From the human T2T-CHM13v2.0 reference genome, Homo sapiens, in the NCBI RefSeq assembly GCF_009914755.1, contig NC_060929.1: a DNA stretch of 64,000 nt; one strand, given 5' to 3'. A program made the position numbers and the translations under genes. The notes below the pieces were generated by a model. It ran no database searches, was not told the origin of the DNA, and worked only from the letters and a program-made list of their open reading frames with translations. This document shows positions 1 through 12,229 of this stretch, piece after piece. Numbering within the stretch: position 1 is the first letter of the stretch; the number at the start of each line of letters is the position of its first letter.

Positions 1-1283
1 TGAACCTATGAAGGACAAGAATCACAGGTCCAAAGAGCCAGTGAAGTAGCCACAATGAACACTCATTCAGCATTAGCCTGAGGTGGAATAGCAAGAGGGA
101 GACCAGAGACCTCCCTGAATAGGCAGGGATGAAATTTTCCCTATACTTTGCAGAAAACTGTCAGAACCAAAAAACATCACCTGCCATTGCTTCAGGCACA
201 TCTACCAAGAGAGTTTCATTCTGTGTAAAGTTTGCTTTTGTGCCTGACCTCAAGACCACTGCTGACCTGGAAGATCTGCTGTGCAGGGCTGCTAACAGAG
301 CCACTGGGCAGCAGAAAGGTTACCCTGAATTTTCCCTCAGAGAACAGAGAAGCTTCTGTTATGGAAAAAGGAAGAAGAATAAAGCTCCAATATTAAAAAG
401 CTTTGAAAAGTGTTTCAATGCAAGGAAGTTAGCTCCACTGCTGGGGTACCTTGATGCTCAAGAAAGACAACTATTGTTTCCTGCATGTTACATCAGGTAT
501 TCAAGCCTCTTCAGGTCTGTCCTGTGGATCACAGGATTGTTGTGTGGAAAGCTACACTGCTTCTCCAAATAGGACACAGAGCCTGTTGCAAAGACATCAG
601 TACATCTGAACTTCTGCTTGCTGGCTTTACCAGCAGCTTCTGGCTTCAAAGAAAGTTCTTTGGGCGATGTTTTCTAATTCCGGAAGAGAACCACATGTAC
701 CTAAATCTTCTTGATTCGCCCAGGTACACATCAAAAGACAGGATTTGAAATCATTTCTGGATTCCAGAGATCAATCCTGTCTTTACTGCTCACCCAAGCC
801 CTGCTGAGCCAGAAAGCCATCATGCCTGCCACAGGAAAGGGGGATTGGTGATTCCAGTGGCTGGAAATGTGCCCAATAGCACACATTTTCCAGAATCATT
901 TATAAGGAGAAGTGACAGTGCTTGGTCTCATCATGGCTCTGACACTGGTAAATCTCTGGGATTCTGTTTCCTCCTCGGTATACAATATTCAAAAAGATGT
1001 GGACCATATGACGCCAATGTCTCTTCCAGCTCTGACATGCTGGATATTTGACTTCCTGAACATGCCACTCTGTAGGGTCTGGTTACCCCTGCCCCACGTC
1101 CCATAAAGCTACTCTGGTCCATCAGTATCATCAGTGGCAAAGCTAGAGCAAAGGGGCCCCTAGCTCTGCCCAACACAGCCATCTACAAACCTTCTGTGGG
1201 GTTATAGATGGTAGCAAGGGTTCACCTTCATAAGTAAGTATTTCCATTTCCAGTCTTTAAAAAATTACATAAACTAATTCTTT

Positions 1284-3343
1284 TTAAAAAATCTTTATGT
1301 ATTTAGGAGGTACAAGTACAGATTTTTTATATACATATATTGCATAGTGGTGACACCTGGTCTTTTAGTGTACCCATCACCTGAATAGTGAACATTGTAC
1401 CCAATAGGAATTTTCCATCCCTCAATCCCCTCCCAACTTTCCCACCTTTTGTAGCCTTTGGTGTCTATTATTCCACTCTATACATCCATGGGTACCCATT
1501 GTTCAGCTCTCACTTATAAGTGAGAACATGTGGCATTTGATTTTCTGTTTGAGTTATTTCACTTAGGGTAATGGCCTCCAGTTCCATGTATGTTGCTGCA
1601 AAAGACATGATTTCATTCTTTTTGATGGCTGAGTAGTATTCCGTGGGGTGTGTGTGGGTGTGTTTGTGTGTGTGGGTGTGTGTGTGTATAACATTTTCTT
1701 TATCTAGTCCTCCATTAATGGACACTTAAGTTGATTCCATATCTTTCCTATTGTGAATAGTGTTACAATAAACATATGAGTGCAGGTATCATTTTAATAT
1801 AATTATTTCTTTCCCTTTGGGTAGATACTCAGTTGCTGGATTGAAAGATAGTTCTATTTTTAGTTCTTTAAGAAATCTCCATATTATTTCCCATAAAGGT
1901 TGTACTAATTTACATTCCCACCAACAGTGTGTAAGTATACTCTTTTTTCCACATCCTTGCCAATATCTGTTGTTTTTTGACTTTTTAATAATAGCCATTC
2001 TGATGGTGTAAGATGGCGTCTCATTGTGGTTTTAATTTGCATTTCTCTGATGATTAGTGATGTTGAGCAGTGTTTTCATATGTTTGTTGGCTGCTTGTAT
2101 GTCTTCTTTCAAAAAAGGTCTGCTCATGTCCTTTGCCCAATTTTTAATGGGGTTTTCTTGTTGAGTTGTTTGAGTGCCTTACAGATCCTAGATATTAGCC
2201 CTTTGTAAGATGCATAGTGTGCAAATATTGTTTCCCATTCTACAGGTTGTCTGTTTACTCTGTTGATTGTTTCTTCTGCTGTGCAGAAGTTTTTAGTTTA
2301 ATTACATCTTCTTTATTTTTGGTTTTGTTATTCTTGTTGTTGTTTTGTTTGTTTGAGGACCTGGTCGTAAATTCTTTGCCTAGGCCAATGTCCAGAAGAG
2401 TTTTTCATAGGTTTTCTTCTAGGATTTTTACAGTTTCAACTTATGTTTAGGTCTTCAATCCATCTTGAGTTAATTTTTATATATGGTGAGAGGTATGCAT
2501 CTAGTTTCCTTCTTCTGCATGACTATCCAATTTTCACAGCATCATTTATTGAATAGAATGTTCTTTCCCCAGTGTATATTTTTGTCAACTTTGTTGAAGA
2601 TCAGTTGATTGTAAGAGGGTGGCTTTATTTCTAGGCTTTTTATTCTGTTCCATTGATCCATGTGTCTGTTTTTATAGCAGTGCCATGCTGTTTTGGTTAC
2701 TACAGCCTTGTAATATAATTTGAAGTCAGACAATATGTTGCCTTCAGCTTTGTTCTTTTTGGTGAGGTTTTTTGATGATTCAGGCTCTTTTTTGATTCCA
2801 TATGAATTTTGGTATTGTTTTTTCTGACTCTGAAAAACAACATTCATAATTTGATAGGGGTTGCATTGAGTCGGTGGATTGCTTTGGGCAGTATGGTCAT
2901 TTTAACAATATTGATTCTTCTAATCCATGAGCATGGGATGCTTTATTTGTTTGAGTCTTGTACAATTTCTTTAATCAGTGTTTTGTAGTCCTCCTTATAG
3001 AGATCTTTCATTTCCTTGGTAAAGCATATTTCTAGGTTTTGTTTAGTTTTGTTGTTGTTGCTGTTGTAGCTATTGTAAATGGAATTGCTTTCTTGATTTG
3101 GTCCTCAGCTAGATTCTTATCAGTGTATAGAAACACTACTGATTTCTGTACATTAATTTTTTTGTATCCTGAAACTTTACTGAATTTATTTATCAAACCT
3201 AAGGATTTTTTTTTGTGGAGTCTTTAGGGTTTTCTAGATGTAACATCATATCATCAATGAACAGGGATAATTTGACTTCCTCTTTTCCAATCTGGATGCC
3301 TTTTATTTTTTTCTCCCGCCTGATTGCTCTGGTGAGGACTTCC
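1284..3343 (-). mobile_element. 5'-truncated LINE-1 (L1PB-like), 3' part of ORF2 plus 3' UTR
   Basis: Minus-strand ORFs 1510-1725, 1789-1998 and 2542-2847 give L1 ORF2 C-terminal peptides ([42 protein letters not shown]). 14-bp TSD TAAACTAATTCTTT at 1270-1283 and 3344-3357. Confidence 0.95.
1645..1687. repeat. Imperfect (GT)n microsatellite inside the L1
   Basis: ggggtgtgtgtgggtgtgtttgtgtgtgtgggtgtgtgtgtgt. Confidence 0.9.
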
Positions 3344-4056
3344 TAAACTAATTCTTTAGAAATTAAAGATCTCTTTAATGTACATCAAGAGAGCAATAGC
3401 AGTTTGTGAAGATCAGATGAACCTGCAAACAAATCAGTTTTGTAATCAATTTGTAACTTAGCTGAACAAGTGCTAACTGCCATAGTGGGTTTGATCATTA
3501 TACTGTTTTCAAATGTTCTTATTCTTAGTTATACATTATTTAATTTCTACTCACAATGGATCATTGGTTAGAGTCAGAAAGCATAGAAACACTGATGCTA
3601 ACATACAATAAATTAATGAAGACTGCCAAAAAGGACAATAATTCTTCAAAATAACCCGGGATGATTTTTGCCAGGTAAGTAAGTTGCATCCATCTGATCA
3701 GAAATCACATATAATGCATCTAGATGTCTTTAGTACTGCAAAATTAAAATGTTTAAAGAAGAAAATATAGTGACAATTATATCCAATTTGGCTTTCCATT
3801 TGTTGGAAATAAAGATTGCTCATAGATGCCATATGTTATTTGTGGCAAAGTGTTTACAAAAAACAGCATGAGGCCATCTCTCTTATCTTGTCATTTAAAA
3901 CATAATGCAAATGTTGTAAAAATAAACCATTTGTGTTTTTTAGTGCAAAATGCAAGAATCCAAAATACCAGGTCATGAAAGTAGTTTTTGTCCATTTGAT
4001 GTTGAATCATGTAGTTAAATTTCAATCTGCATTTTAATATATATTCAGTCTCCAAC

Positions 4057-4451
4057 TGTCTTAGTCCAGTTTGTGCTGCTATAATAAAATACCACCAACG
4101 GAGTAATTTATGATGAACAGAAATTTATTTGGCTCACAGCTCTGGAGGCTGGGAAGTTCAAGTTCAAGGGGCCATACCTAGAGAGAGCCTTTTTGCTGTG
4201 TCATTCCATGGAGGAAGGTAGAAAAGCAAGAGAACACATGTGCACGAGAGAGCCAGGGAGGGCCAAATTTACTTTTATAACAAATCCACTCCTGCAATAA
4301 CAAACCCACTTCCAAGATAATGGTATTAGTCCATCATGAGGGCAGAATCCTCATGACCTAATCACCTCTTAAAGGTACTACTTCTCAACACTGTTGCATT
4401 GGGGATTAATTTCTAATAATGAACTCTGAGGGACACACACAAACCATAGCA
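4057..4451 (-). mobile_element. MaLR solo LTR (MSTC/MSTB-like)
   Basis: TG...CA ends (tgtcttagtcc ... aaaccatagca), typical MST core ttggctcacagctctggaggctgggaagt. 5-bp TSD CCAAC at 4052-4056 and 4452-4456. Confidence 0.9.
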
Positions 4452-4529
4452 CCAACGAATGTCATAATTTCTTTGTTGGCAAAGCATGCTTTTCCTTACG
4501 TAACTAATTAAAAAGAAACTAAATTGACT

Positions 4530-4607
4530 AATGCCTGTAAAGCACTTAATATGGCACCTAATATATAAAAAGCACAAAATAAATGTTAACTATTATTATT
4601 ATTATTA
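4530..4607 (+). mobile_element. MIR 3' fragment
   Basis: gtaaagcactt ... aataaatgttaactattattatt, the MIR tail. Confidence 0.6.
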
Positions 4608-4884
4608 AATTATCAATTGTTAAATGGGAAAAAGTTTAATTTGTTCTAATACAGAATTAATATTACTAAATGCTATTTATGGGAAAAAATTATAACACAA
4701 ACTTTAACAATATTGATCTCAAATTTTTAATTACAATTTTACCTTCATTATATACCATTCAAGAATGACTAAGTGATTTTTAAAAATTCTTATGGGGACT
4801 GGAAGATTAAAGTACTACAAAATAAGTTCATATGACCAAAAAAAAAAAAAAAGTTGAGAAAGAGCAATGACCCTGCTCAGCCAC

Positions 4885-5375
4885 TGTCTTGATTTGTCCT
4901 CGATATTTCTTTCTGCTTTTCTCTAAGAAGAATGCTCTGCTCTGTGCCTGGGGAGACTGACCTGTATAGATTGCAAATATGGGTTTCCTTCACCTCTGGC
5001 TTCTAGTTCAGCCAACAGGAGGCACCAGGTGATTAGAGGGTAGACAGAGAGAGAAGACAGAGTATTTATTCCCTTACCTACTCTCCTTCTAGGCAGCAAT
5101 TTAACAGGAGCCACATTTCTCTACCTAAGACTACAACAACGTGATAGACCTCTCTCCCTTGCGTACAGCTTTCTTTGGGTCCCAGTAACAGCTTCTTTCC
5201 TTTCCTCTTTCAGTTTAGAGAAGGTATCAGCTTACTGTTCTTACTAGTTCCTGCGTGCTTCATCTTCTTTTTGTTTGTTCCCTTCATCCTGCTCATGCCT
5301 TTATAAATAGTACTTGCATTAACCTCTCTTTAATTACTCTTTTGAGTGTGTCACTTTTCTCCTGACTTTTAAAAT
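4885..5375 (+). mobile_element. ERVL 5' LTR (LTR33-like)
   Basis: ctgctctgtgcctgggagactgacctgtatag...cctctggcttctag...gtatttattccc...aattactcttttgagtgtgtca matches the LTR33 pattern; followed directly by ERVL internal sequence. Confidence 0.8.
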
Positions 5376-5881
5376 AATTGGTATTGGAACTGGCCCCAGG
5401 AAGCAGGCCTTAAAAATAGAATTTGAAGATTGGGTTACTCACCCATTTGTAGAGAGCAAGAACAAGCTTCTAAGGGTAGACGGGATAGTGATCATCTGTA
5501 GCATTACGATTAAAATTATCACTGGTCATGGCATATGATGGAGTGCAGGTGGAAGAAAAAGAAGTGTTGAGACCTGAAGTGGCTCTGGCACTTTGTCACT
5601 ATAAGAGCAATGGTGATTATGAAAACCCTGGGATACGCTAACCGCTTCTGACTGCTCTAGAGAGAACACACACAGAGAAGGACAAAATGAAAACAGTGAA
5701 TTCCTGAATAAAAGAATAGTTGGAAATCAGGAAGACTTTCTTGGCAGTTTTGAAGGAGTTTCTCATCATCTGTAGTTGCAGAACAGATACGGCTGAAGAT
5801 CAAGCATAAAGCCTAAGTATGAGGATTACAGAGTTGTGGTACCAGTGAATATGCCTCTTTGCCAGGGCTCTTAGGCTAAGG

Positions 5882-6090
5882 TAGCGATTCTCAATCAGAA
5901 GTGATTTGCTTGTCAGGGAACATTTGGCAATGTCTGAAGACATTTTGGGTTGCCACAACTGTAGAGGGTACTACTGGTATCTAGTGGGTAGAGGCTAAAG
6001 ATGCTGTAAACGTCCTAGAATACACAGGATAGCCCCCCATAACAATTATTTAGCCCCAAAAGTTAGTAGTGCTGAAGTTAAGAAACATTG
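5882..6090 (+). mobile_element. MER20 (hAT-Charlie MITE) inserted in the ERVL
   Basis: catttggcaatgtctgaagacatttt...ctagtgggtagaggc...gttaagaaacattg. 8-bp TSD GGCTAAGG (5874-5881) / TGCTAAGG (6091-6098). Confidence 0.92.
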
Positions 6091-6972
6091 TGCTAAGGTC
6101 ATGTCACTGATAAGCAAAATCTAAGACACTGATACATGGGATAGGGACACTTACGTAGTTGAGAACATTGAATCCCTAAATCCTCTTAAAATTTGTTTGC
6201 TGGTTGAAACATACTCTTATCTTATAATAAAAGCCATTTGCTTTCACATGGCCGGGATGGCAGTATACCTTTGCCATCTTATCTACTTATAGATAAAGCT
6301 ATTATCTACCCTCTTATTCTCTGTCATAGTATAGCCTTAATTGTTTTGCTATCTCATAGAAAATCACGGTAGTCTGTTACATTGATATTATTAGGCTAAT
6401 TGTACCTTTTGAGCAGGACTAAGAACCATACATATTTTAGCAAGACATGCATGCCAGAAAATGGATGATAAATCTTGCACAAATTCAAAGACTTGACACA
6501 TAAGTGAAGTTTCTAAGAATGCAATAGTCTAGAATGTATAGGTATATTTCTTCTAAAATGACAAAAAAAAAATGTTGCTTTTCCTTCCACCATTCACTAC
6601 AAAGAAAAGCACAACTTGATTGAGCCTCTTGGAATTGCAGAGGAAACATATACCTTGCAGTTACCTCTTGCCAAATAATGGGTAAATCTCCTAGTTTGTG
6701 AGAGGTCTTGATCAAGACAAGTTTCTATAGAAGGTCCTGGCAATAAACTTCTCTATTATTTGGTGATCCAGTATATCCAGTTGTACTAGAAATATCTGTG
6801 GCAGACAGAGATGTTATACAGAGCATCTAACAAGCCTGAATAGGGAAATTACAGCATAAATCCCATGGTTTTAAAGTAAGAATTCTGCCAATAATTGTTC
6901 TCCATCTGTAAAGCAGCTTCTGCCTTCCCAGTAAGCCCTGGCAAAGACCAAACACCAGATCATGGGACACCA

Positions 6973-7092
6973 ATCTAGTGGGTAGAGGCTAGAGATGCTG
7001 TAAACACACTAGAATTCACAGGATAGCCCTCTATAACAATTATTCAGCCCCGAAAGTCAGTAGTGCTGAAGTTGAGAAACACTGTGCTAAGG
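6973..7092 (+). repeat. Local duplicate of the MER20 3' half plus its right TSD
   Basis: Colinear with 5979-6098, including the flanking tgctaagg. Confidence 0.85.
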
Positions 7093-7670
7093 TAATGGTA
7101 TTGACGACAAAAACCACCGATTACAGTGTTATGTGATTCACTGAATCATAAAATTGGAAGTACATAGCGGAACTCCATTTTCAAATGGAAATGATATTTA
7201 TAAGATCAAGCCTGAGCAGGCCCAGAAGGTGGAAGAGTAGATTGTACAACAGGTGACTTAGACTCCTGTGGTACCTGCTCCTACTGATTCACCACTTCTG
7301 TCTTGACCCACACCTCATAGGGAACTTCCTATTATCAACAGGAGAAGAAAGCATGGCCTGGTTTACTGACATTTTGCACAGTGTGATGAAATGAGTCAGA
7401 ATAGACAATATATTACAATCCCACTCAAGGGTGACTCTAAAAGACGATGGTGAAGGGAAATGCTCCCAGTGGGCAGAATCAATGTTAATTGTTTATTTTG
7501 TTCTCCCATTTTCCCCACTACCTTATATGAAGGACACAAGTAGAAGCTAATATTTTAAGCTGATTCCTAGGAATTGACATCATCCCAATAAGACCCAGTA
7601 GCTGATGAGACTCTGTGTTCCACTATGTTGGGGCCATGCTTTTTCCCTGACAAGAGAGTAGAGCAGGGGC

Positions 7671-8165
7671 TGAACATGCTGGAGAGTCCCTATTTGCTCT
7701 CCAGGTCTATGCTCCACCCATCTCTACCCTGCTCTGTGCTCTGGGTGGCAGCCTACAGAGACTATATCACCCAAGTTCCCTTGTCCTCTGGCTTTGTGGT
7801 TTAGTTTGTCAATGGGAGGTACCAGCAGCCAGAGGAAAAAGAGATTGGGGTGTTTATGTCCCAAGCTGCCTTTATGCCAAATCTTAGTTTACAATAATAG
7901 CTTAAGGCCACAGATTCTGTTTGGCAGCCTCTCTCTTATGGCTACAGCTCTCCTTGAGTTCCAGTAACATCTCCTTCTCCTTTCCCCTTCAGTCCTAAAG
8001 GTAGTAATGGTTTGCCCATGTTGCTAGTCCCAGGGTACAACAATCATCTCTTGCTGGTTCCCTTAATCCTGCCCACAGTATTCTAAATAGCCCCTTCTTT
8101 AACCTCCCTTAAATTGCTCTTTTGGGTTTTCTATCTTTTTTCCTGGTAAGATCCTAACTGAAGCA
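7671..8165 (+). mobile_element. ERVL 3' LTR (LTR33-like)
   Basis: Colinear with 4885-5375 (ccctgctctgtgc, cctctggcttt, ccagtaaca, gctagtccc, taaatag); ends ...cctaactgaagca. Confidence 0.8.
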
Positions 8166-8749
8166 AATACCTTTATTTCTCAGAGCAGAGAACTGAGGCC
8201 TAGAGGAAGGATAGGTACAGCTTCTCCTTGACTGCCCATGAGAGGCACTCTGGGGACCTGATCACACCGAGTACTTACCTCCAGAAACCTCCTTTTCTGT
8301 ATTCAGATAACAAAATGGTTTGCAGGCTGGTGAAAAAGGTTTTCCATAGAGGGAAACAGAGTTAGCACCAAGGTAGGTCTCTAACCCAGGGCTCTAGGGC
8401 CCCAGCTCTGAATGCTTCCAGGCCATCTATTGTCAATGATTTCACAGAGGAGGCCTGTATGTCCGAAAGGTCCCACTGACTTGGCTTACCCACCTCTGGC
8501 TTGAATGTATGGCCTACCCCTTTGTGCCTAAATGACCCTCAGGAGGGCCATGGAGAGCCCACCCCTAAGATAGTACCTCAGCTTCCCATCACTCATTCAT
8601 TCACACACACGTGCACATGAACTCACTCCCCACCATGTACCAGGCACTGCACCAAGCATAGAAATAATGATTTTATTTGGCTCACAAGACAGGTGGAAGA
8701 GTTCCTAGGCAAATAGATATCACTTTTAAAATGAGAAGGAAAAATAGGA

Positions 8750-9010
8750 AATAGTTAAACATTCACAATGGAAAATTACACAGCTATTAAAGATATGTAT
8801 ATATATATACAATAGAGAGTTTAAAACAGCATAGAAAGTTTTTATGACAAAATGTTTAGAGGAAAAGTAGAATACAAAATGTTATACAGTATGCTTATGT
8901 AAAATGCATAAGGAAAAAATGGACTGGAAGGAAATGCACCAAAATGCTAATAGTGGGACGTAGCGTGACATTTCTCTGTATTTAACAACTTTCTTATAAC
9001 AGATATCAAT
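8750..9010 (+). mobile_element. Old L1ME 3' fragment
   Basis: tacaaaatgttatacagtatg...ggactggaaggaaatgcaccaaaatgctaatagtgg. Confidence 0.65.
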
Positions 9011-9039
9011 TAACTTATGTCTTGTTATGACCTTCTTAA

Positions 9040-9545
9040 TTACACAAGTAGTTTTGAAAACTATTTTTTAGATATTCAAACTGTAGTTATGAAACAAAAT
9101 CCCAGTTGAGAATGCCACTTCTAATCCCAGTCTCCTCCCAAGACAATCACTGTTTTCAGTTTGATTTGTCTGGTTTCTTATGTACAGAGAGAAATAAAGT
9201 TAATATTTATGGGAGGTTTTCAACATAAGTGGAACGTTACACAAATTATTCTGCAACCTCACTTTTTTCACTTAATAATAAAGCTTGGGGATCTTTTCAC
9301 AGATACTGTATACATATCTAGCTAAGGGTTTGAAGCATTAATAGTAGATCCTAATATGGCTATTCCACCACTTATTTAATATTCAGGCCATGAAGGTTGT
9401 TTCCATTTTGTCATTATTAAAAACAAATTGCAATGAACAGTCACATAGATGTCTATTTGCACATATGTAGGACTATGTTTCTAGAATGGACACTAAGAAG
9501 CAAACTTTCTTAGTTGAAGTTTTGGATATTTTAACTTTAAAAGCT
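9040..9545 (-). mobile_element. Old L1ME 3' fragment, opposite orientation
   Basis: attctgcaacctcactttttcacttaata; ggttgtttccattttg...aaacaaattgcaatgaaca. Confidence 0.6.
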
Positions 9546-9599
9546 TCCTTATAGAGATCCCATTCCCCCAGACACCACTGGCTACTTCTGGGAAAACTG

Positions 9600-9637
9600 G
9601 GGGTCTCAGCTTGTCAGTGGGGTCTCAGCTGGTCAGT
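9600..9637. repeat. 19-bp tandem duplication
   Basis: ggggtctcagcttgtcagt / ggggtctcagctggtcagt (1 mismatch). Confidence 0.9.
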
Positions 9638-10884
9638 GGGCCCCAAGGCTCTAGAGGTGGGGTTTCCCAGCATCCTCGAGGTCCTTGGGGTCACTGATGT
9701 GCTGCCTATCACCCAGGAACACAGACCTTCCACATCTGCCCCCCAGATGTGCCCTGTGGATCAAACCACAGGCCCTGCCTGGTGCCAGTCACCTGCAACA
9801 TCCTGTTTAGATCATGAACAAATGAGCAACGTGGGAGAAAAGGCTTCTCAAAGAAAGCCCACCACCCACTGAAGCTTACCATCATTCTTTTTGCCTCACG
9901 CAGAAAGGAGGTGTTTCCTCTAAAAAAAAAAATGTCCCTTGGGGACCTGAAAGTCAGAGCCAAGTGTTTTAATATTCCAGATAATTAATTTCTGGAAAAA
10001 ACATAACTTAGAATGATTATCATTGCTTTCTCAGGAAACATTATCTTTCTTTGCAGAGGCAAAGTGGACTCCAACTCAACCCAATTGCAGCCAAAGTGAG
10101 TTCATTCTGGCCCTTACGCTGAAAAGAGGGTCCTCAAGAGAGCTTGTGGGAACTCTGAGCTTGTGGGATGCTGGGTGACACACCGTCCACTCAGTTCACC
10201 TCACCGAGGCTGTGACAGAGCAGGTGCCTCTGGGAGAGAGGGAGCCTTTGACCTTTCACATCCCAGGCAAAGCTTTCTCCAAAACCTCCCTTTGAAAGGC
10301 CTCAGAATTGGCCTCAGAAGGGTTTCGGCACTCGCAGCGCTGACTCTCTTCATTCTAAAGCAAGGAACCAGGCCTCAAAAGGGGCAGAATCTGCCCAAGA
10401 CCTCACCGTCCTGCCCAGGGCTCTTCCCACATAACTCCTCTCACAAGGCCCAAGCTGGGCACAGCCTGGCAGCAGGAACAAAGGCAGGGCATAAATAGCT
10501 GGGACAACGTACAAAGTGACCTGGTAAAAAGGCACCAACAAGGGCTTCCTGGGTTCAGAGGAAGGTTACTTCTTGTCTCTATGGTGGGGCAGGGGGAGGA
10601 CCCATGGAGTAGGACCTCTGTGGGACCACCAGTGGCCCATAGTACCCATCTTGAACTCTTAGACCTGCTATGACTTTGGGAAAACAATAAAACTGAATCT
10701 GTATTGTCAATCATCTACCAATCCTCCAGAACAAATCCCAATCCCATCTCCTTGGCTCCCCTCCTAGTTCAAGCCCATCCTCTCTGCTGGGTGACTCCCG
10801 CAGCCTCCTTCCACTCCTGTCCCCTAATGGTCCATTCTCGACATGGTGACCAGAGAGATCTTCCCTTATAAAATAAGTGATGTG

Positions 10885-11193
10885 GGCCAGGCATGGTGGC
10901 TCACACTTGTAATCTCAGCACTTTGGGAAGCCAAGGCGGGTGGATCACAAGGTCAGGAGATGGAGACCATCCTGGCTAACACGGTGAAACCCCATTTCTA
11001 CTAAAAATACAAAAAATTAGCCAGGTGTGGTGGCGGGCACCTGTAGTCCCAGCTACTCAGGAGGTTGAGGCAGGAGGATCACTTGAACCTGGGAGGCGGA
11101 GGTTGCAGTGAGCCGAGATCTCGCCACTGCATTTCAGCGTGGGCGACAGAGCAAAACTCCATCTCAAAAAACAAAACAAAAAAAGAAACAAAA
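10885..11193 (+). mobile_element. Full-length Alu (AluSc-like)
   Basis: Dimeric Alu with A-tail; 16-bp TSD TAAAATAAGTGATGTG at 10869-10884 and 11194-11209. Confidence 0.97.
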
Positions 11194-11407
11194 TAAAATA
11201 AGTGATGTGATGTAACTCTTCTGCCTAAAAACTTCCAATCACTCCCCACTGCTCTTGGAAGAATTCAAATCTAGCATAGCCTACAAGGCCCCAGATGACC
11301 CAGGCCCTGCCTAACTCTCCAGCCTCGGCTCTATCCCACCTCCCCAGCTCTCTGCTGGTCTTCTCACTGTTCATGTGACAGACCATGCCCATTCCTGACT
11401 CAGGGTC

Positions 11408-11880
11408 TGTCCCAGGTTTCCCAGAAGAAGAACCTGAGAGGAGGGGTTCATGTGTAAGTGCTTATTAGGGAAGTGTTCCCATGAAAAGCCAGAAGGGAGG
11501 TGAGCAAGATGGATCAGGAGGGGAAGGAGGCCAAGGAGGTGAGCACCATATCACCAAGGCCTACAGAGGGCGTCTGTGACCCAATACCTCTGGGGAGCCC
11601 TGGAAACAGCATGGGTCACTCCTGGAGCCATCCTCACCAGGGACAAGAGGGCTCGCAGGTGCACACCCATCAGTCATGGGTCAAGGGCTGCCCCGAAAGG
11701 GATGAAAATTCCCAGCTACCTCCTGCTATCTAGGGAAGGACAGCAGTTCCAGCAACCTGAGGCCAGTCCGCCAATGCAGAACTGCCAAAGAGCCGCAGAT
11801 GTGGGCACTGGGAGGAGGGGTGTACACAAGCAGGGGACGCAGACACGTGGGGATATGGGCAGAGCAGCAACAGCATCTCT
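11408..11880 (-). mobile_element. Old ERVL-class solo LTR (LTR16/LTR67-like)
   Basis: gaacctgagaggaggggttcatgtgtaagtgcttattagggaagtgttccc...ggggatatgggcagagca. Confidence 0.55.
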
Positions 11881-12229
11881 CTCCCTGCTCTTCCCATCTC
11901 CTTGCATGACTCATTCCCTCTTTTTCCTACAATGTCCTTTCTATTGTCACTGGCTCCATCTCTCTAAAATTACCCTCCCTCCCACCCTGTCACTCTGCCA
12001 TCTTACCCTGCTTCAGTTATCTTCATGGCCCAAACTCTCTCTGAAATGATCCAAGCAAATCAGCTTGTCTCCTGTGTATTGTTGGGGTCTCCCACTGGAC
12101 TGGAAGGGTGGGGACCTGGCCTGGCTTATCTGCATCTTGTATACCCAGCACTTAGCACAGAAGACATTTTGAGGACTTTATTAATACTGCCTGGAGCATA
12201 GCAGGGCAATTTACATAACTAAAACTTTT

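Larger units (their letters stand above)
1185..4865 (+). mobile_element. Ancient hAT-Charlie DNA transposon relic, fragmented by L1PB, MST and MIR insertions
   Basis: 3757-3900 translates as RRKYSDNYIQFGFPFVGNKDCS*MPYVICGKVFTKNSMRPSLLSCHLK, a degenerate BED zinc finger of Charlie/Buster (ZBED5-like) transposases. AT-rich body; Charlie-like end ...gacc(a)n gttgagaaa near 4835-4860. Outer boundaries approximate. Confidence 0.75.
5376..7670 (+). mobile_element. Internally deleted ERVL internal region (ERV3-16A3/ERVL-E-like gag-pol relic)
   Basis: Starts attggtattggaactggccccagg. Degenerate RT motif VVCYIDIIRLI (6369-6401, cf. LVHYIDDIMLI), RNase H motifs AWFTD (7356-7370) and GEGKCSQWAE (7449-7478), purine-rich PPT-like stretch about 7650-7670. 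Confidence 0.8.
10720..12180 (+). mobile_element. Fragmented L2, interrupted by an Alu and an ERVL LTR
   Basis: L2 3' motifs: cagcctccttccact...tccattctc...cagagagatcttc; ctgcctaaaaacttccaatcactcccc...cctacaaggccc; cccagcacttagcacag. Confidence 0.65.

Noticed and set aside
1510-2847. Minus-strand ORFs with protein-like sequence
   Set aside because: Broken LINE-1 ORF2 fragments, not a host gene.
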